This document shows, piece after piece, positions 37,093 through 50,382 of a DNA stretch of 64,000 nt. The position numbers and the translations under genes were made by a program. The notes below the pieces were generated by a model. That model was not told the origin of the DNA and did not search any database. It worked only from the letters and a program-made list of their open reading frames with translations. The DNA comes from Chiloscyllium plagiosum (Eukaryota): contig NC_057720.1 in the NCBI RefSeq assembly GCF_004010195.1, forward strand, positions 20,576,448 through 20,640,447, written 5' to 3'. Within the stretch, counting starts at the first letter, position 1, and every line of letters begins with the position of its first letter.

Positions 37093-37408
37093 ATTAGATT
37101 AGATTACCTACAGTATGGAAACAGGCCCTTCAGCCCAACAAGTCCACACCGACCCTCCGAAGAGTAACCCACACCACCCCCCTCCCTGACGAATGCACCT
37201 AACATCTATGGACAATTTAGCATGGCCAATTCGCCTGACCTGTGCATCTTTGGACTGTGGGAGGAAACCGGAGCACCTGGAGGAAACCCACGCAGACACG
37301 GGGAGAATGTGCAAACTCCACACAGACCGTCGGCCCGAGGCTGGAAGCGAATCTGGGACCCTGGTGCTGTGAGGCAACATTGATAACCACTGAGCCACCG
37401 CGCCACCC
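37093..37408 (-). mobile_element. HE1 SINE
   Basis: Reverse-complement HE1 head, core and tail with a (aatct)n end. Confidence 0.9.
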
Positions 37409-37481
37409 CTGGCATTTAGTTTTTTACTGAAATTAAATGCAAACTTGTTTGAATACACTAGATTCCAACGTCAATCGTAAT

Positions 37482-37700
37482 GAAATAAAGTCAAAGTGCT
37501 GGAGAAACTCAGCAGGTCGAGCAACATTTGTAGAGAGAGAAAGACAGTTAACATTTTGAAATCTGATATGTTATAAAAAGTCATTTTGGACTTGAAATCC
37601 TGTTTCTGAGTCCACAGATGCTGCTGGACCTACTGAGTTTCTCCAGCATTTTCTTTTCCAATTCAGATTTCCAGCATCCTCAGTGTTCAGCTATTGTATT
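37482..37700. mobile_element. PLE family D fold-back element just upstream of exon 7
   Basis: tgctggagaaactcagcaggtc ... gacctactgagtttctccagca inverted arms. Confidence 0.65.
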
Positions 37701-37733
37701 AATTATAATGACTCTTTCTCTCTTATTCCACAG

Positions 37734-37823
37734 TCCTCTCCTTCATTATGGTGGCACTCTTCCGATTCATCGTCACGTTATTGGTTCATATCTTCATCGC
37801 TCTGGTGGTTTTTGGATTGCTGT
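37734..37823 (+). CDS. SLC44A3: SLC44A3 coding exon 7 (VLSFIMVALFRFIVTLLVHIFIALVVFGLL)
   Basis: ccacag| acceptor, T|gtaagt donor, 90 nt, phase 1 to 1; hydrophobic TM segments. Confidence 0.93.
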
Positions 37824-38439
37824 GTAAGTGTGACTATTTTAAGCCAGTTTCGTCATTCACACTATTCAAATAGGAGGACATTCCCTATTCGAATCCATCT
37901 CATTGAACAGCCAAAACCAAAGTATCCAGCTGGATGGATAATGCAGCCCTTCTGAATGGTTTGAATCTTGGGGTAAGGAGATAAGACGCAGAAGGTTGCG
38001 TTTACAGAAGAGAATATTTAGATTTCCTCTTTTCACCTTGCTTGCCTCCAATTATAATGTTGTAATGATGAAGCATTAAGGAGCCAAGGATCCAAAATCT
38101 GAAACAGTAGTAACAGAAAATGTACAAATGCACACAAGTTAATGAGAGAGGCGAAAGCATAGATTAACATTCTGAACAATGCCTTCAGATCAGAACAAAC
38201 CATTCTGACAAACAGTGCCCAACCCACTTAGTTCACATGCCCTTTTTCAGATGCTGCTACACCAGAAAATAGTCTGTGTTCAGGAGAGAAATCAGGGGCC
38301 TGAGGCTTCGACTGTTTCTGGGCCCCTTACTACCCAAACCTTTAACCCTGAGCCTCACATCCTGCAGAATTGGAATCTGAGGCTCTTCTTGAGATTAGCC
38401 ATTGAGACATGTTTGATTATTGGGAGGTGCTTGTTCATT

Positions 38440-38750
38440 GACATGGTGACTCAATGGTTAGCACTGCTGAATTCCGTGGCAGGGACCTAGGTTCAATTCC
38501 ACCCTTGGGTGACTATCTGTGTGGAGTTTGCATGTTCATCCTGTGTTGGCGGGGGTTTCCTCTTGGTGTTCTGGTTTCCTCCCACAGTTCAAAGGTTTGC
38601 AGGTTAGGTGGATTGACCATGTTGAATTTCCCATATTGTCCAGCGATGTGCAGATTCACTATGGGAAATGTGAGGTTACGTAAAGGGGGTGCTCTTCATA
38701 GGGGCAATGTGGACTGAATGGCCTACTTCCACACTGAAGAGATTCCATGA
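38440..38750 (+). mobile_element. Degenerate HE1-type SINE
   Basis: catggtgactcaatggttagcac...ggttcaattcc...tgtggagtttgcatgttc. Confidence 0.75.
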
Positions 38751-39584
38751 TTGCCACTAACTCATTTACTTTTGCATCTGTGTTGACTTATTGGGTACTT
38801 AGAATTACACAGTGGCAGAATTGAAAGAATTCAACAATATCCTCAATAACTATTTACCTTCCACTAAATGTAAAGCCACAACACCTATTGACAGCATTCA
38901 TTTCTTAGACACCACATTATTTAAATTGGCACAACAGGCATTAGTGAATAACAGCCGTTCCACAGACTGATGTGGTCCCAGGTAGCATGTTTCTATTGTA
39001 TTTGAACAAAGCTTGAGGAGTTTAGCCAGCCTTACCAGCCTTTTCACTCCATTCCAAATCTCCATCTCAGATTTAAATTGAACAATCGGCATTCTACATT
39101 CTACCCCAAACCCCTGTATATATTCACACCTGAACATATGCAGCTGTAAATGAGAGATTCCACACTCATTTGCAAGGAATACATTAGCTCGGTGATTTCC
39201 AGTTTTCCTGTCTCCTGCTTAGCTGAGTATTCTTTTCATCGGTGGGTAGAGAAATCACAGCCTTCCTCTCCAATTGCTCCCAACCCAGCCCCCCCACCTC
39301 TTCCAGTCTCCTCTCTCTCCTTCCCCATCTTTTTGTCTCTCTTTATCTCATACAGCCCCTTCTTTGTATCTTCTGTCCCCCCCAACCCTGCAGCCACCCC
39401 ATCAATCTATCTTCTGTCCTCCTGCAGACTTACCCCAAACCCATGTAGTCTCCTGCTCTCTCTCTCTATCTCTTCATTGTCTGTTTGTCTCTCCATCTCT
39501 CTCTCTCTCTCTCTCTGTCATATTTATAATATACTTAGGTATCTATCTTTCACACCTTCCATGCTAGGAACTCTGTAGCTTCCC

Positions 39585-39674
39585 TTTCTGATGAAGGGCT
39601 TTTGGCCGAAACGTCGATTTTGCCTGTCCTCGGATGCTGCCTGAATTGCTGTGCTCTTCCAGCACCACTGATCC
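39585..39674 (+). mobile_element. PLE family B pLTR fragment with hammerhead core (39588-39617)
   Basis: CUGAUGA-AGGGCUUUUGGCC-GAAACGUC. 14-bp TSD agcttccctttctg at 39577-39590 and 39675-39688, inside a (TC)n region. Confidence 0.75.
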
Positions 39675-39700
39675 AGCTTCCCTTTCTGTCTGTCTGTCTG

Positions 39701-39733
<33 letters not shown>

Positions 39734-40027
39734 TGCTCTCGCTCTCCACCCAGACTGACACCCTGCACATCTCTAGCCATGATTCTCTGACGCTATCCCT
39801 GCCAAATCACATCCACCTCACCCTGCACCTTCTCACACTGCCATGTACCTTCTCAGTGCTCCTCATAGCCTGGTTCTGTCCTGCAATTGCTTTTGATAGG
39901 GTCAGAGGTGACCCAATCAGCAGTGAATATGGGAGAGAACCAGGCTGTGGTTGGAGGAACAGCTCCTTTTGATGTCCTGTCCAGTCACACAATCACAATA
40001 GTGTGAGCATCGTTAACGAGTGCCTGT

Positions 40028-40255
40028 TCTAGTAATTGGAACGAGGTCAACCAGCTGGACTTCCTAGAATATGAGTTCCCTAATTAGACCCTATTAATAG
40101 CCCTAATCAGGGAACCCTGGCTGACAGATTCAAAGAGGAATGTCAGAGATTCTGTCACTCTGACTCTGAACAGGCAGTAATAAAGTTAAGGACTTCTCTT
40201 GTGTAAATAAAGGGTGACCTGCTGCTGGGATTCTGGCCTCTGTGGTGTTATTTCA
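40028..40255 (+). mobile_element. Solo LTR (same family as 48053-48286)
   Basis: Ends ...ttatttCA, has AATAAA, and aligns by eye with the reverse complement of 48053-48286. Confidence 0.6.
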
Positions 40256-42441
40256 CCAATCTCTTCCTTTCTCCCCATACCCTTACACACTATTTCTGTC
40301 CAAACAATCATCCAATTATCCTTTTGAATGCCTCAATTGAACCTACCACTTCCACATTTCCAGCTTGTGTATTCCATACTCAGAGTGAAAAGTCTTTTTC
40401 CCACAATACCCTTGCTTCAACTTCGGCCGTCCCCTTGATCTGAGCTACCGCACTGAATTTTCCCTGTGTCCTTGTGTTCTGAGAGCTGCCATGGGACCAA
40501 TGTGGCAGAGCACCATCCCGAGCGATTAGCCTAGTACACTCCCTTGGTTTAGCACCAGCAGTGGTTCTTTCCCCACTCTGGGACACAGTGGGAGCGATGG
40601 TTGGGAAGAAATGCCTCCACAAATTGACAACATCACTGTCATCAACACTTACTTAGCATCAGAAAAACAGGCACACCACAATAACTGTAGCCAGCTGTGT
40701 CTACCCAGTGTGTTCTGTTGTTAATCTGCATGAACATGTTTACCCATAACCCTTGTCATTTTCATTAACTCTCAAGGTTATTAAACACTCACACCGCAAT
40801 AGTTTGAAAAGGCTGTATCTGTCTGCATTCCTCATTATCCTTGATTCCTGAAGAATCAGTTGCATGTTCCTCTGCTGTTACTTAGCAAATGCTTCAGCCA
40901 TTCTACAATGAAACCCCATTTCCTCAAAATGAAGGGTTTAAAGAGGAAATGTGAAATCTTAAAGGACTCAATCCCTCGTCAGGTTAGCGCTTGCTCTTGC
41001 CATATAAAGAACTTTTTCTCTAAGTGACGTTCTGCTTTTTTTTTCAAATTCCCATCCCCTCTTTGAGTACTGTTTATGTTTAAGCAGAATGAAGCTACAT
41101 AATATTGCAAGTGTTATGATCCCTGTAAAAACCCATAACTTTAAAACAAAGATTTGAACTTCCAATTATTATTTGAAAGGTTTAAACAAATTAAAACTTT
41201 TACTGTAACAAACAGTAAGAAAAACACCAGTGGGTACACTCTGTTTTCCTTTTATAGGCAACTTACAACTTAAGCTACAGTAAAGATTTTTCCCTCTTTG
41301 TATTATCGCATATTACGCTCTCCACAAAGTTATAATCCTTGCAGTAACTGCCCACAATTGCTCCCACATTCCAGTGGGTTTCTGTATCTACATTTTGCTG
41401 AATGCTTGCAGCTGCTTTCCACAGTTTCCAAAGAATTCCACAAATTTCCTACCAGCGGCGGAGCCACTCCTGATAGTTCCAGAAGGAATTTCCTACAATC
41501 GTCAAATCTTAAATGTCAGCAGGATGTGTGTCTGCAACTAAAGAACATCTCCTTCTTGCATCTAGTTGTGGTAGTTTACAATGTCAAGTAACCTCTCCTT
41601 TTTGCTGAATACACAAGACCACTGTCCATCTGTGATAGGCGTTGGTTTATAGGGAAGACTGTAACCTGATCATAATTGTTTCTTCGCCACTCTTCCCTCT
41701 GGAGATATGAAGCATCAACATCTTGTACCCAGGTAGAAATTCTGCTTATTCTCGATCCCAACCTGCTCTGATCTTAGAATTAAATGGACAATTTGTAGCA
41801 CAGCTGTCTATGACCCTATAGTAATGTCACCTTTTTAGTAAACTCAGAAACTGCACCATTAATACACAGGTCACTGCCATTTTCACTAAGTATAAATACC
41901 TTGTAATTTCTTCCAAGTAAAACAACCGAAGCCTTCCTTTCATCTCTAACCATCAAAGCAGCCGGGCTTACAGTAAGGCAGACTTCAAAACAAGTCACGT
42001 GATCTGGCCTCGCCTATTTCATTTTAACCCAAATGCCAAAAGAACATTCCCACTTCATAATCTTATAAACCTCATATTTGTAATGCACACTCCACCTTTA
42101 CAATTCTTGGCACGATGTTGGCTTTAAACTCTCAAATTCTTGTTAGTTGCTAGTCAAGGCTAGATTGCTCTAATTGTAGTCTTTGGCATTTTTGTTTCCA
42201 CCAGTGGCCTGAGTATTTGGTGCAGAGGTTCTGCATCTAAGCTACTTTTGTATAGCTGTGACATCCCCTTCCACACAGGCACACAAGCTCACTCAAAAAG
42301 GTCTGGATTTCAAATAGCAGCATATATTGAGTAGGCGGGAGTCCTTCACCCAAGACTTTGCACAGATGTTAGATATCAGACATTACGTCCTCTGGAAAGC
42401 TCTTTCCTTCTTGAGTGAAAGTGGAATTTTTGTTTGTTCAG

Positions 42442-42566
42442 TTGTGTCAGGTGTTCTGTGGTGGCTCTATTATGACAACATGAATGATCCCAATATAGTC
42501 CTGGAAACGGAGAAGGAAAACACAAAAGCACTTCTGGGATTTGCAATTACTGCAACCGTCGTATCG
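42442..42566 (+). CDS. SLC44A3: SLC44A3 coding exon 8 (FVSGVLWWLYYDNMNDPNIVLETEKENTKALLGFAITATVVS)
   Basis: gttcag| acceptor, |gtaagc donor, 125 nt; GVLWWLYYD motif. Confidence 0.93.
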
Positions 42567-43762
42567 GTAAGCTGTTTAAAAATTGTTTTAAAAACATGCC
42601 TGACTTATTCATGAGGTAAGGGATACATTTAGTAACCTGAAATTGAGAATTTGCAGAAGAGTCATATTCATAATCCAGGTTCCAGTACTAATCTCAGGCC
42701 TGTAATTGTTCATTTTACATTTGTACTTTAGTTACAACATTTCATTTTATCCTCCCACACATGAAAATACATCAAATGTGCTGCGATGAGGTTGAACTCT
42801 GAACTGAGTGGTCTGGGATTTCCCAATGTTCAGATGCTTCTATCTTTTGGATCATGAACACACTTGGAACACTCTGGAATGAACAACCACTGTCTCAAAG
42901 TGTACCTCTTCGAATAGAACCCAAGGTTCAATTTTTTAAAAAATAGTTTACAATGAAAACGGATCATTAAATCAATATACATGAAGAGGTTTTCCATATC
43001 TAAATATATTTTGTTCAGGAAAAACGTCTGAATTTTCAATAATTTCCTGCTTCCCCTGAAACTTTACTTTTAGAAAGCCCTGTTTGTCAATGTAAAATGG
43101 ATCTTTAAAAATAAAGACAGTGTTGCTGGCTATTAAGTGGAATTATAATTAGAAAATAAAACCAAAGAACTGTGGACGCTGGAAATTAGGAACAAAACCA
43201 GAAATTGCCGGGAAAGCTCAGCAGGTCTGTCAGAATCTGTGGAAAGAAAGCAGAGTTAAAGTTTTGGTCCAGTGCCCTCTTCAGAACTGATTGTAGTCAG
43301 GAAAGGATTGGTCTATATGCTAGAGATTGGTGGGAGGATGGGGAGGAGTAAATGTCATAAGGATACATTAGGAGACAAATAAAAACAGTTGGACAGGAAA
43401 AAGAAAGTGTAAGAATTAGCCTGGGAGAATGAGAAGCTGCTAATGAGGACTGTTAGTAGCTGACAATCGGTTATTTTGTGGTATTTTTGAATTATTTTTG
43501 GGCCCTAGTAATGTGACTGCACTGTGAGTTACTTGATCCAAATTGACTGTGTTCCATTTTGCTTTTAAAGTAATTCCCATTTCATGCATGGCTCAATGGT
43601 AGTGTTCTCCCCTGTGTGGCAGTAGGTCACAGGTTCAAGCCCCATGCTGGAATACTGACCTGATCTTACCTGGCTGATCAGGCTGATGCTGAAGGAGTTT
43701 TCTCTGTTTGGAAGCATGATCCTTCAGGACAGGTGTAAACCAAACCATCAGTCATATGACCA

Positions 43763-44082
43763 AGAGTCATAGAGATGTACAGCATGGAAACAGACCCTTC
43801 GGTCCATGCCGACCAGATATCCCAACCTAATCTAGTCCCACCTGCCAGCACCCAGCCAATATTCCTCCAAACCCTTCCTACTCATATACCCATCCAGATG
43901 CCTTTTAAATGTTGCAATTGTACCACCCTCCACCACTTCCTCTGGCAGCTCATTCCATACATGTACCACCCTCTATGTGAAAAAGTTGCCCATTAGGTCT
44001 CTTGTATATCTTTCCCCTCTCATCCTAAACCTATGCCCTCTAGTTCTGGACTCCCCCACCCCACGTAAAAGACTTTGTCTCT
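43763..44082 (-). mobile_element. HER1/CR1 3' end nested in a DeuSINE-like repeat
   Basis: agagtcatagagatgtacagcatggaaacagacc tail; host SINE resumes at about 44085. Confidence 0.85.
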
Positions 44083-44459
44083 AGATCAGGTAAATATAAA
44101 TAAAGTCCACTGAAACAACTCGCTGGTCCCTTGTCCTTATGCTATTTGTGGGATCTTGCTGTGGCTTGTGTATGTAATAAGATTTTGAAATGCAAGCTAA
44201 GTAATTGGCTGTCTTGTACTTTAGGATATCCTGACAGGAGCTGTATAAATACAGATTCCCTTCCCCATTCAGAGCACAAGCTTCCTCTGGCCTACCATTT
44301 CAATTCTGCACCTCGCTCCTATTCTGATTTTTCAGTCACATGAGCAAATATTGCTGGAGAAACACAATAGGTCTGGCAATGGAGAGAAAAACAGAGTTAA
44401 TGATTCGAGCCCCGTGATCCTTTGCCAGAACTGACCTTTCGGTCCTTGGGTTGCTAGGG

Positions 44460-44575
44460 TGTTCCCTATGATCTGTACGTCCTTATTTGCTATCATCTGC
44501 CTGTACTGCCCGCAAAACAAAGCTTTTCACTGTACTTGGGTAAACGTGACTACAATAAATCAAATCAAATCAAAA
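44460..44575 (+). mobile_element. Short non-LTR element 3' end with (AAATC)n tail
   Basis: ...gcttttcactgtac...caataaatcaaatcaaatcaaa; family uncertain. Confidence 0.45.
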
Positions 44576-45191
44576 CTCAAGTGAACAGCAACTCCTCTTT
44601 TGACCAGGCACATTACAGCATTTTGGATCCAAAGTTAGTCCTTCAAAATTTAAATTGTAACCTCAGCCTCCATTTTGTTTCATATTTTCTTTGCTGGATT
44701 TTATTTCCTTCTTTTCATAATCCATTTGTTTTACAATCAGACACTGCTCTCCTGCTTTTCACACCTTAGCTCGGGAGATCTTTTTTGTTTCTTGACCTGT
44801 ACCATTCCCATTCTCTTCTGGTTTTTCATAAAGAAAGTTATTTTCATTAAATCCCTCCTGCCCTCCACCCTGTCATGAACCTTTCCTTTTGTTCTTCCCC
44901 TTTCGTTTCACTTCCCCTGTTCGAAATCTAACGCATTTCCGGCTTCCTTCAACTCTGTGAGGTCACCAACCTGAAAATGTCACTCTTTGTGCTTGACCTG
45001 CGGCACATTGAAAGCTTTGTGGGTATTTCACTCAGAGGTCCAACACCCCACAGGCAGAACCGTAGGGTAGGGTGAATCAGCCTGTCCGCCCCAGGGTATG
45101 GAACCAGAAGCGAGGGGGTGGGGGGTGCGGCCTTTAAAGAAGTGAGAGAAGTCTGCGCATCCTTTTGGTTATGGGACAGCACAGTGGCTTT

Positions 45192-45535
45192 GGGGTGGCA
45201 CGGTGGCTCAGTGGTCAGCACTGCTGCCTCACAGCACCAGGGATCCGAGTTCGGTTCCAGCCTTGGGCCACTGTCTGTGTGGAGTTTGCACATTCTCCCT
45301 GTGTCTGCATGGGTTTCCTCCGGGTGCTCCAGTTTCCTCCCACAGTCCAAAGATGTGTACATTTGGTGAATTGGCCATGCTAAATTACCTATAGCGTTCA
45401 AGGATGTGTAGGTTATTTGTGTTAGTCAGGGGTAATGTAGAATAATAGAGTAGGGGAATGGGTCTGGGTGGGATGCTCTTTTGAGGGTCAGTGTGGACTT
45501 ATTGGGCCAAATGGCCTGTTTCCACACTGGGGGTT
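45192..45535 (+). mobile_element. HE1 SINE
   Basis: ggggtggcacggtggctcagtgg...tgtggagtttgcacattctcc...gcctgtttccacactg. Confidence 0.9.
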
Positions 45536-45780
45536 CTACGTTGAAGGCAGCAAAGTTTCATTAATACACGGGAGATCAGTCTGCAAAACGAAAGCAGGGA
45601 GTTGGGGGTGGGGGGGGAGAGGGATGGGGGAGGGATCTATGCACTCTACAAACAGGCCTCTGCAGTGCAATTTGCACTGGGAAGGGGGCGCTCCCACACC
45701 CCTAGGGGATGTCTCTTGCTTTTGCGAGTTGCTTTCCAGTTATTTGCTAACAGATTTATTGCCCTCCCCACCCCCCACAG

Positions 45781-45967
45781 GTCATTCTTGTTGTGCTGAT
45801 CTTGGTGATGTGGAAGAGGATCAGTTTGACTATTCAGCTGTTTCGGGTTGCCAGTAGTCTACTCGGCAGTGTCCCTCTCTTGCTCTTCCAGCCATTGTGG
45901 ACCTTTATCATCCTCACGTTATTCTGGATGTACTGGGTGGCTGTTCTTCTAAGCCTGGGCACTGCAG
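45781..45967 (+). CDS. SLC44A3: SLC44A3 coding exon 9 (VILVVLILVMWKRISLTIQLF...LLFQPLWTF...VAVLLSLGTA)
   Basis: ccacag| acceptor, G|gtgagc donor, 187 nt; start of the choline transporter domain. Confidence 0.95.
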
Positions 45968-46899
45968 GTGAGCCGCTGTAGCACTGTGCACCATTACTCA
46001 AACTATTCGATTGTTGTTCCTCAATCTCGAATATCTGAGCAAGCTTGTAGAAAGCCTCTCTAGAATACATGTAAAAAGCTGCATGTTTCAGAGATTCTGA
46101 CCCTTTTTTTGTCATTCTTTCATGGCATGTAGACATGGTGACAGGTTCTCCAGACCCAGAGTGATGTGGTTGTCTCTTAAAAGCTCCCTGAAACAGCCCA
46201 CCCCAAGTGGCCTTGAACTGAATGGTTTGCCAGGCTATTTTAGGGAGCTGTTTAAAGTTAACCACGTTGCCGTGGGTACTGGAGTCACATGTAGGCCAGA
46301 CCAGATATGGATGGTGGATTTACTTCCTTCAGGAACTTTAGTGAAATGGTTCTTTACAGCAATCAACAATAGTTTCAGTAATGGTGTTAACTATTTTCCA
46401 TATGTATTAATTGAATTCAAATTTGGCTCGTTATCGTTGTAAAATTTGAACCTATGTCCGCAGAGTGACAGTGCGGCCCACCCCCGATGACCAGTTCAGT
46501 GACATTACCATTGTGCTGCCATCTCCATTAAAACCAACTGTTTTCAACACATCACACAGTGTAATTATGATATAATGAGACTTATTTCACTGATGATGCT
46601 GGAACTGATCACATGCCACTGACCTCAGTAAGAGAGATTAGTCTAGGATGAGCATTCAAAAGTAGACCTAGAAACAGAGAGAAACAGGAGCAGGAGTAGG
46701 CTATTTGGCCCTTCCAGCCTGCTCCGCCAGTCAATATGACCATTGTCCACCTCCATACCCTGTTCCTGCTTTCTCCCCATACCCTTTGATTCCTTTAACC
46801 CTAAGAACGATAACTAACTCGTTCCCTGCCCTTAGATGCTACTTGACATGTTGAACATTTGGAGTGTTTTTTGTTTTCATTCAGATTACCAACACCCAA

Positions 46900-47520
46900 A
46901 GCCAGACCTTTGGCTACCTTTTCAAATCACCACAAAGTTTAGACAAAGAAGGTGAAATGTCAGTGAAATATAAAATACTGCGTTCATCTGAGCCTCTTAG
47001 AGGGCGTCAATACAGTGCTTCACAACAAAGGCTGCCTAGAGGTTTCAAAGCTATTTGAAAGTTTGGACAAATTGAACCAGCCTAATTACATTACCCTGTA
47101 AATAGTTGCTAAACTCATCTGTCTGAAAATTCCTCATCGTTTGACAGAAAAAAATAAAACCTCAGTCAGAAAGCATGATTGGAAGTATCACGAATAGTTG
47201 AACCAATGCAATGGTGCTCAAGGCTACTAACTGCTCTCAAGACAAATGGAGAACTAAGATTGTGTGAGGATCTTAATCCATTAAGCAAAGGAGTGAGAAG
47301 AAACGTCCATCCTTTTTTGTCTGTCAATGATAGTTGAGCAAAATTGTCAATAAGCAAGCTTTTCATGAAACTTGATGCCAACAGTGGTTTCTGGCCAAGA
47401 GTCCTTTAGACCAAGAGTCAAGATTGTTCACTTAACCTAATCTAGAACACCATTTTGCCAGAGTTGCTCCAGCTGTCTGCCATTTGGCATATGCTGTGCC
47501 AGACAGTTTCAAAGGGAAAT
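46900..47520 (+). mobile_element. Ty3/Gypsy reverse transcriptase relic
   Basis: From about 47190: IVEPMQWCSRLLTALKTNGELRLCEDLNPLSKGVRRNVHP...KLFMKLDANSGFW, matching the Gypsy RLCxDxxxLN and KLDxxSGFWQ motifs; contains stops. Confidence 0.75.
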
Positions 47521-48052
47521 GTCTAGAACCTTATATTTCTGTATCTCCAGCCAGCGTGTGGACTGCAGCAGCATGAGAAGGGAGCTCATTGCCAGACGCT
47601 CAAAGGCAATTAGTGCTGCCCGCTTTGTTAGCGGTACTCAGCTCCTGAGAATACATTATTCTTTTAAAACCTTGATGTGTTCCCACGTGTGTGATGAATG
47701 ACACAGTGCTGCACTAGGAGTTGGATTTTCTGGATTGAGGCAGAGGAGGTGCCTTTCATCACTTGGAAAATGCTTGTAAACTTGATTGTACAATAGTCAC
47801 AATGATCAAAAGCTATCTGACTAAAAATATCAAGCTCTGGAGCTACTGAACTCCTGGCCTGCTGGCAACAGAACAAAGTACAAAGATGATAGATTTTGAT
47901 AGCTCCTGATCTTTCCCTGTGGCCAATAGAGAGCTGGGCTAACCAAGACTCGGAGATGTTTTGCTCGGAGAAAGTTTTTTTTTTAAAAAAGCGGGCCCAT
48001 TCTGTATCATCTGGCAGCAGATCAGTTGATTTTTTTAGCTGTGTGTTCTAAC

Positions 48053-48286
48053 TGAAATAACTGCACAGAGGCGAGTACCCCATCATCAAGTCCCCCTTTA
48101 TCTATAAGTGCACAGTACATGACACTGACCCAGCTAGCTCAGAGCCGGCTCCTAGGGAGAACAAAACCTCTGACATGCCTCTTTATATGTCAGCCTGGGC
48201 TCCCTGATGGAACTGGGTTAGCAGCCTCAATCAGGGAACTCCTATTCTATGAGATCCACCTATATGACCTCATTACAATCACTACA
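48053..48286 (-). mobile_element. Solo LTR
   Basis: Reverse complement TGtagtgattg...catataaag (TATA-like)...ttatttCA. Confidence 0.6.
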
Positions 48287-50382
48287 TTGGCCTTTCTAAT
48301 TCTGCTTTCTCAATGACCTATTCCCTGTCCTAAAATAGTCTTGGTTGAGAAGAGATTTAACCTCCATATTTCTCCCACTCTCGGACAAATTTTGGTTTAA
48401 GTCCATAAATTATCATTATTTACAAGAAGCCATCAGAGGGAACACTTGTTGCTCAAGTCAAAGTATGAGCAACTCGTACCATTTTCATTCCACGGCTTTC
48501 ATACCCCATCGGTCTTAAGAACCCCCAGAGGAGTTGTGGCATTATCAGCTTCACAGCAAACCTTCCTTTCATCTGTTGTTACATTTTATTGAAATACGCC
48601 AAGTCTTTGCTGAAGAGGTTCTGGAGAAGGCCAGCACACAGGAGTCAAGGGCTAATGTTAGAACAAAGAACAGTACAGCACAGGGCCAGGCCCTTTGGCC
48701 CTCTAAGACTGCGCTGACACAAAATACTTCTCTAAACTAAAAACCTTCTGCCTGTATATGGTCTGTATCCCTCTATTCCCTGCCTGTTTGTGTATCTGTC
48801 AAGATGTCTCTTCAGTGTTGCTATTGTATCTGCTTCTAACATCTCCACTGGTAATCCATTTCAGTCATTTACCACCATCTGTGTAAAGAAAACCCTGCCT
48901 TTCACATCTCTTTTAAACTATCCCCCACTCACCTTAACCCAATGTGCCCTGGTAATTGACACTGCTACCTTGGGAAAAAGATTCTGACTATCCGTTCTGT
49001 CCATGCCTTCCATAATTTTGAAACATCTGTCAGATTGCCCCACAGCCTTCGGCGTTTAAGTGAAAACAAACCAAGTTTGTCCAATCTCTGCTCATAGCTC
49101 ATACCCTCCAAACCAGACGACATCCTGGTAAACTATTTCTGTACCCTCTCCAAAATCTCCACATCCTCCTTATAGTGCGGCAACCAGAACTGTGTGCAGT
49201 ATTCCAAATGTGGCCTACCTAAAGTTCTATGCAGCTGCAATGTGACTTGAGGTCTTAACTCTCTGTGCCCTGACCAATGAAGGCAAGCATGCCCCATGTC
49301 TACTTGACCACCTTATCCACTTGTGTTACCACTTCCAAGGAACTATAAATCTGTATGTGAATCTTTCTTCAGGTACTGCTAGTTACTGTATACTTCACTC
49401 CTGCTTTAGACCTTCCAAAATGCATCATCTTGCATATGTCCAGGTGAAATTCCATGTGCCGTTTCGCTGCCCAAATCTCCAGCCTATCTATGTCCTGCTG
49501 TATCCTCTGGCAATCCTCCTCACTGTCCACATCTCCCCCAATCTTTGTGTCATCCACAAACTTATTAATCAGGCCACCTATACTCTCCTCCTAATCATTG
49601 ATATATATTACAAACAACAGGGCTCCCACACAGATCCCTGTGGAACACTACAGGTCACAGATCTCCAGTCAGAAAAAACACCCTTCAACCACTACTTTCT
49701 GCCTCTATGACCAAGGAAGTTTGTATCCATCTTACCAGCTCACTGCAGACCCCATGTGATTTCACCTTCTGTATTAGTCTGCCATGACTGACCTTGTCAA
49801 AGGCCATGCTAAAGTCCATACAGACCACATCTACTGCCTAGCCCTCATAAATCATCTTTGGCACTTCCACAAAAAACTCAGTCACGTTTATGAGACATGC
49901 CTTCCCTGCACCAAACCATGCTGCCTATTGCTAATAAGTCCACATTTTTCCAAATGTGAATAAATCCCATCCCTAAGAACCTTCTCCAATAATTTCCCTC
50001 CCACTGATATAAGGCTCATCACCCTGTAATTTCCCGGATTATCCCTATTGCCCTTCTAAAACAAAGATCGATATTGGCTACTGTCCAGTCCTCTGGGACC
50101 TCTCTGGTGAATAAAGAGGTAACAAAGATTTCACGCAAGGCCCTAACAATTTCCTCCTTTGTCTCCCTCGGTACTCTGGGATAGACCCGATCAGGTCCCT
50201 GGGATTTGTCTACCTTGATGCTTTTCAAAGCACCCAACACCTTTTTTATATTGAATAAAATATTGAATATCAACGTACCACTCCAGACACTCATCATCCA
50301 CCATGTCCTTTTCCTTTGTGAATACCAGTGCAAAGTATTCATTAAGGACCTCACCCAGTTCCTCTGCTCTATGCACAAATTC

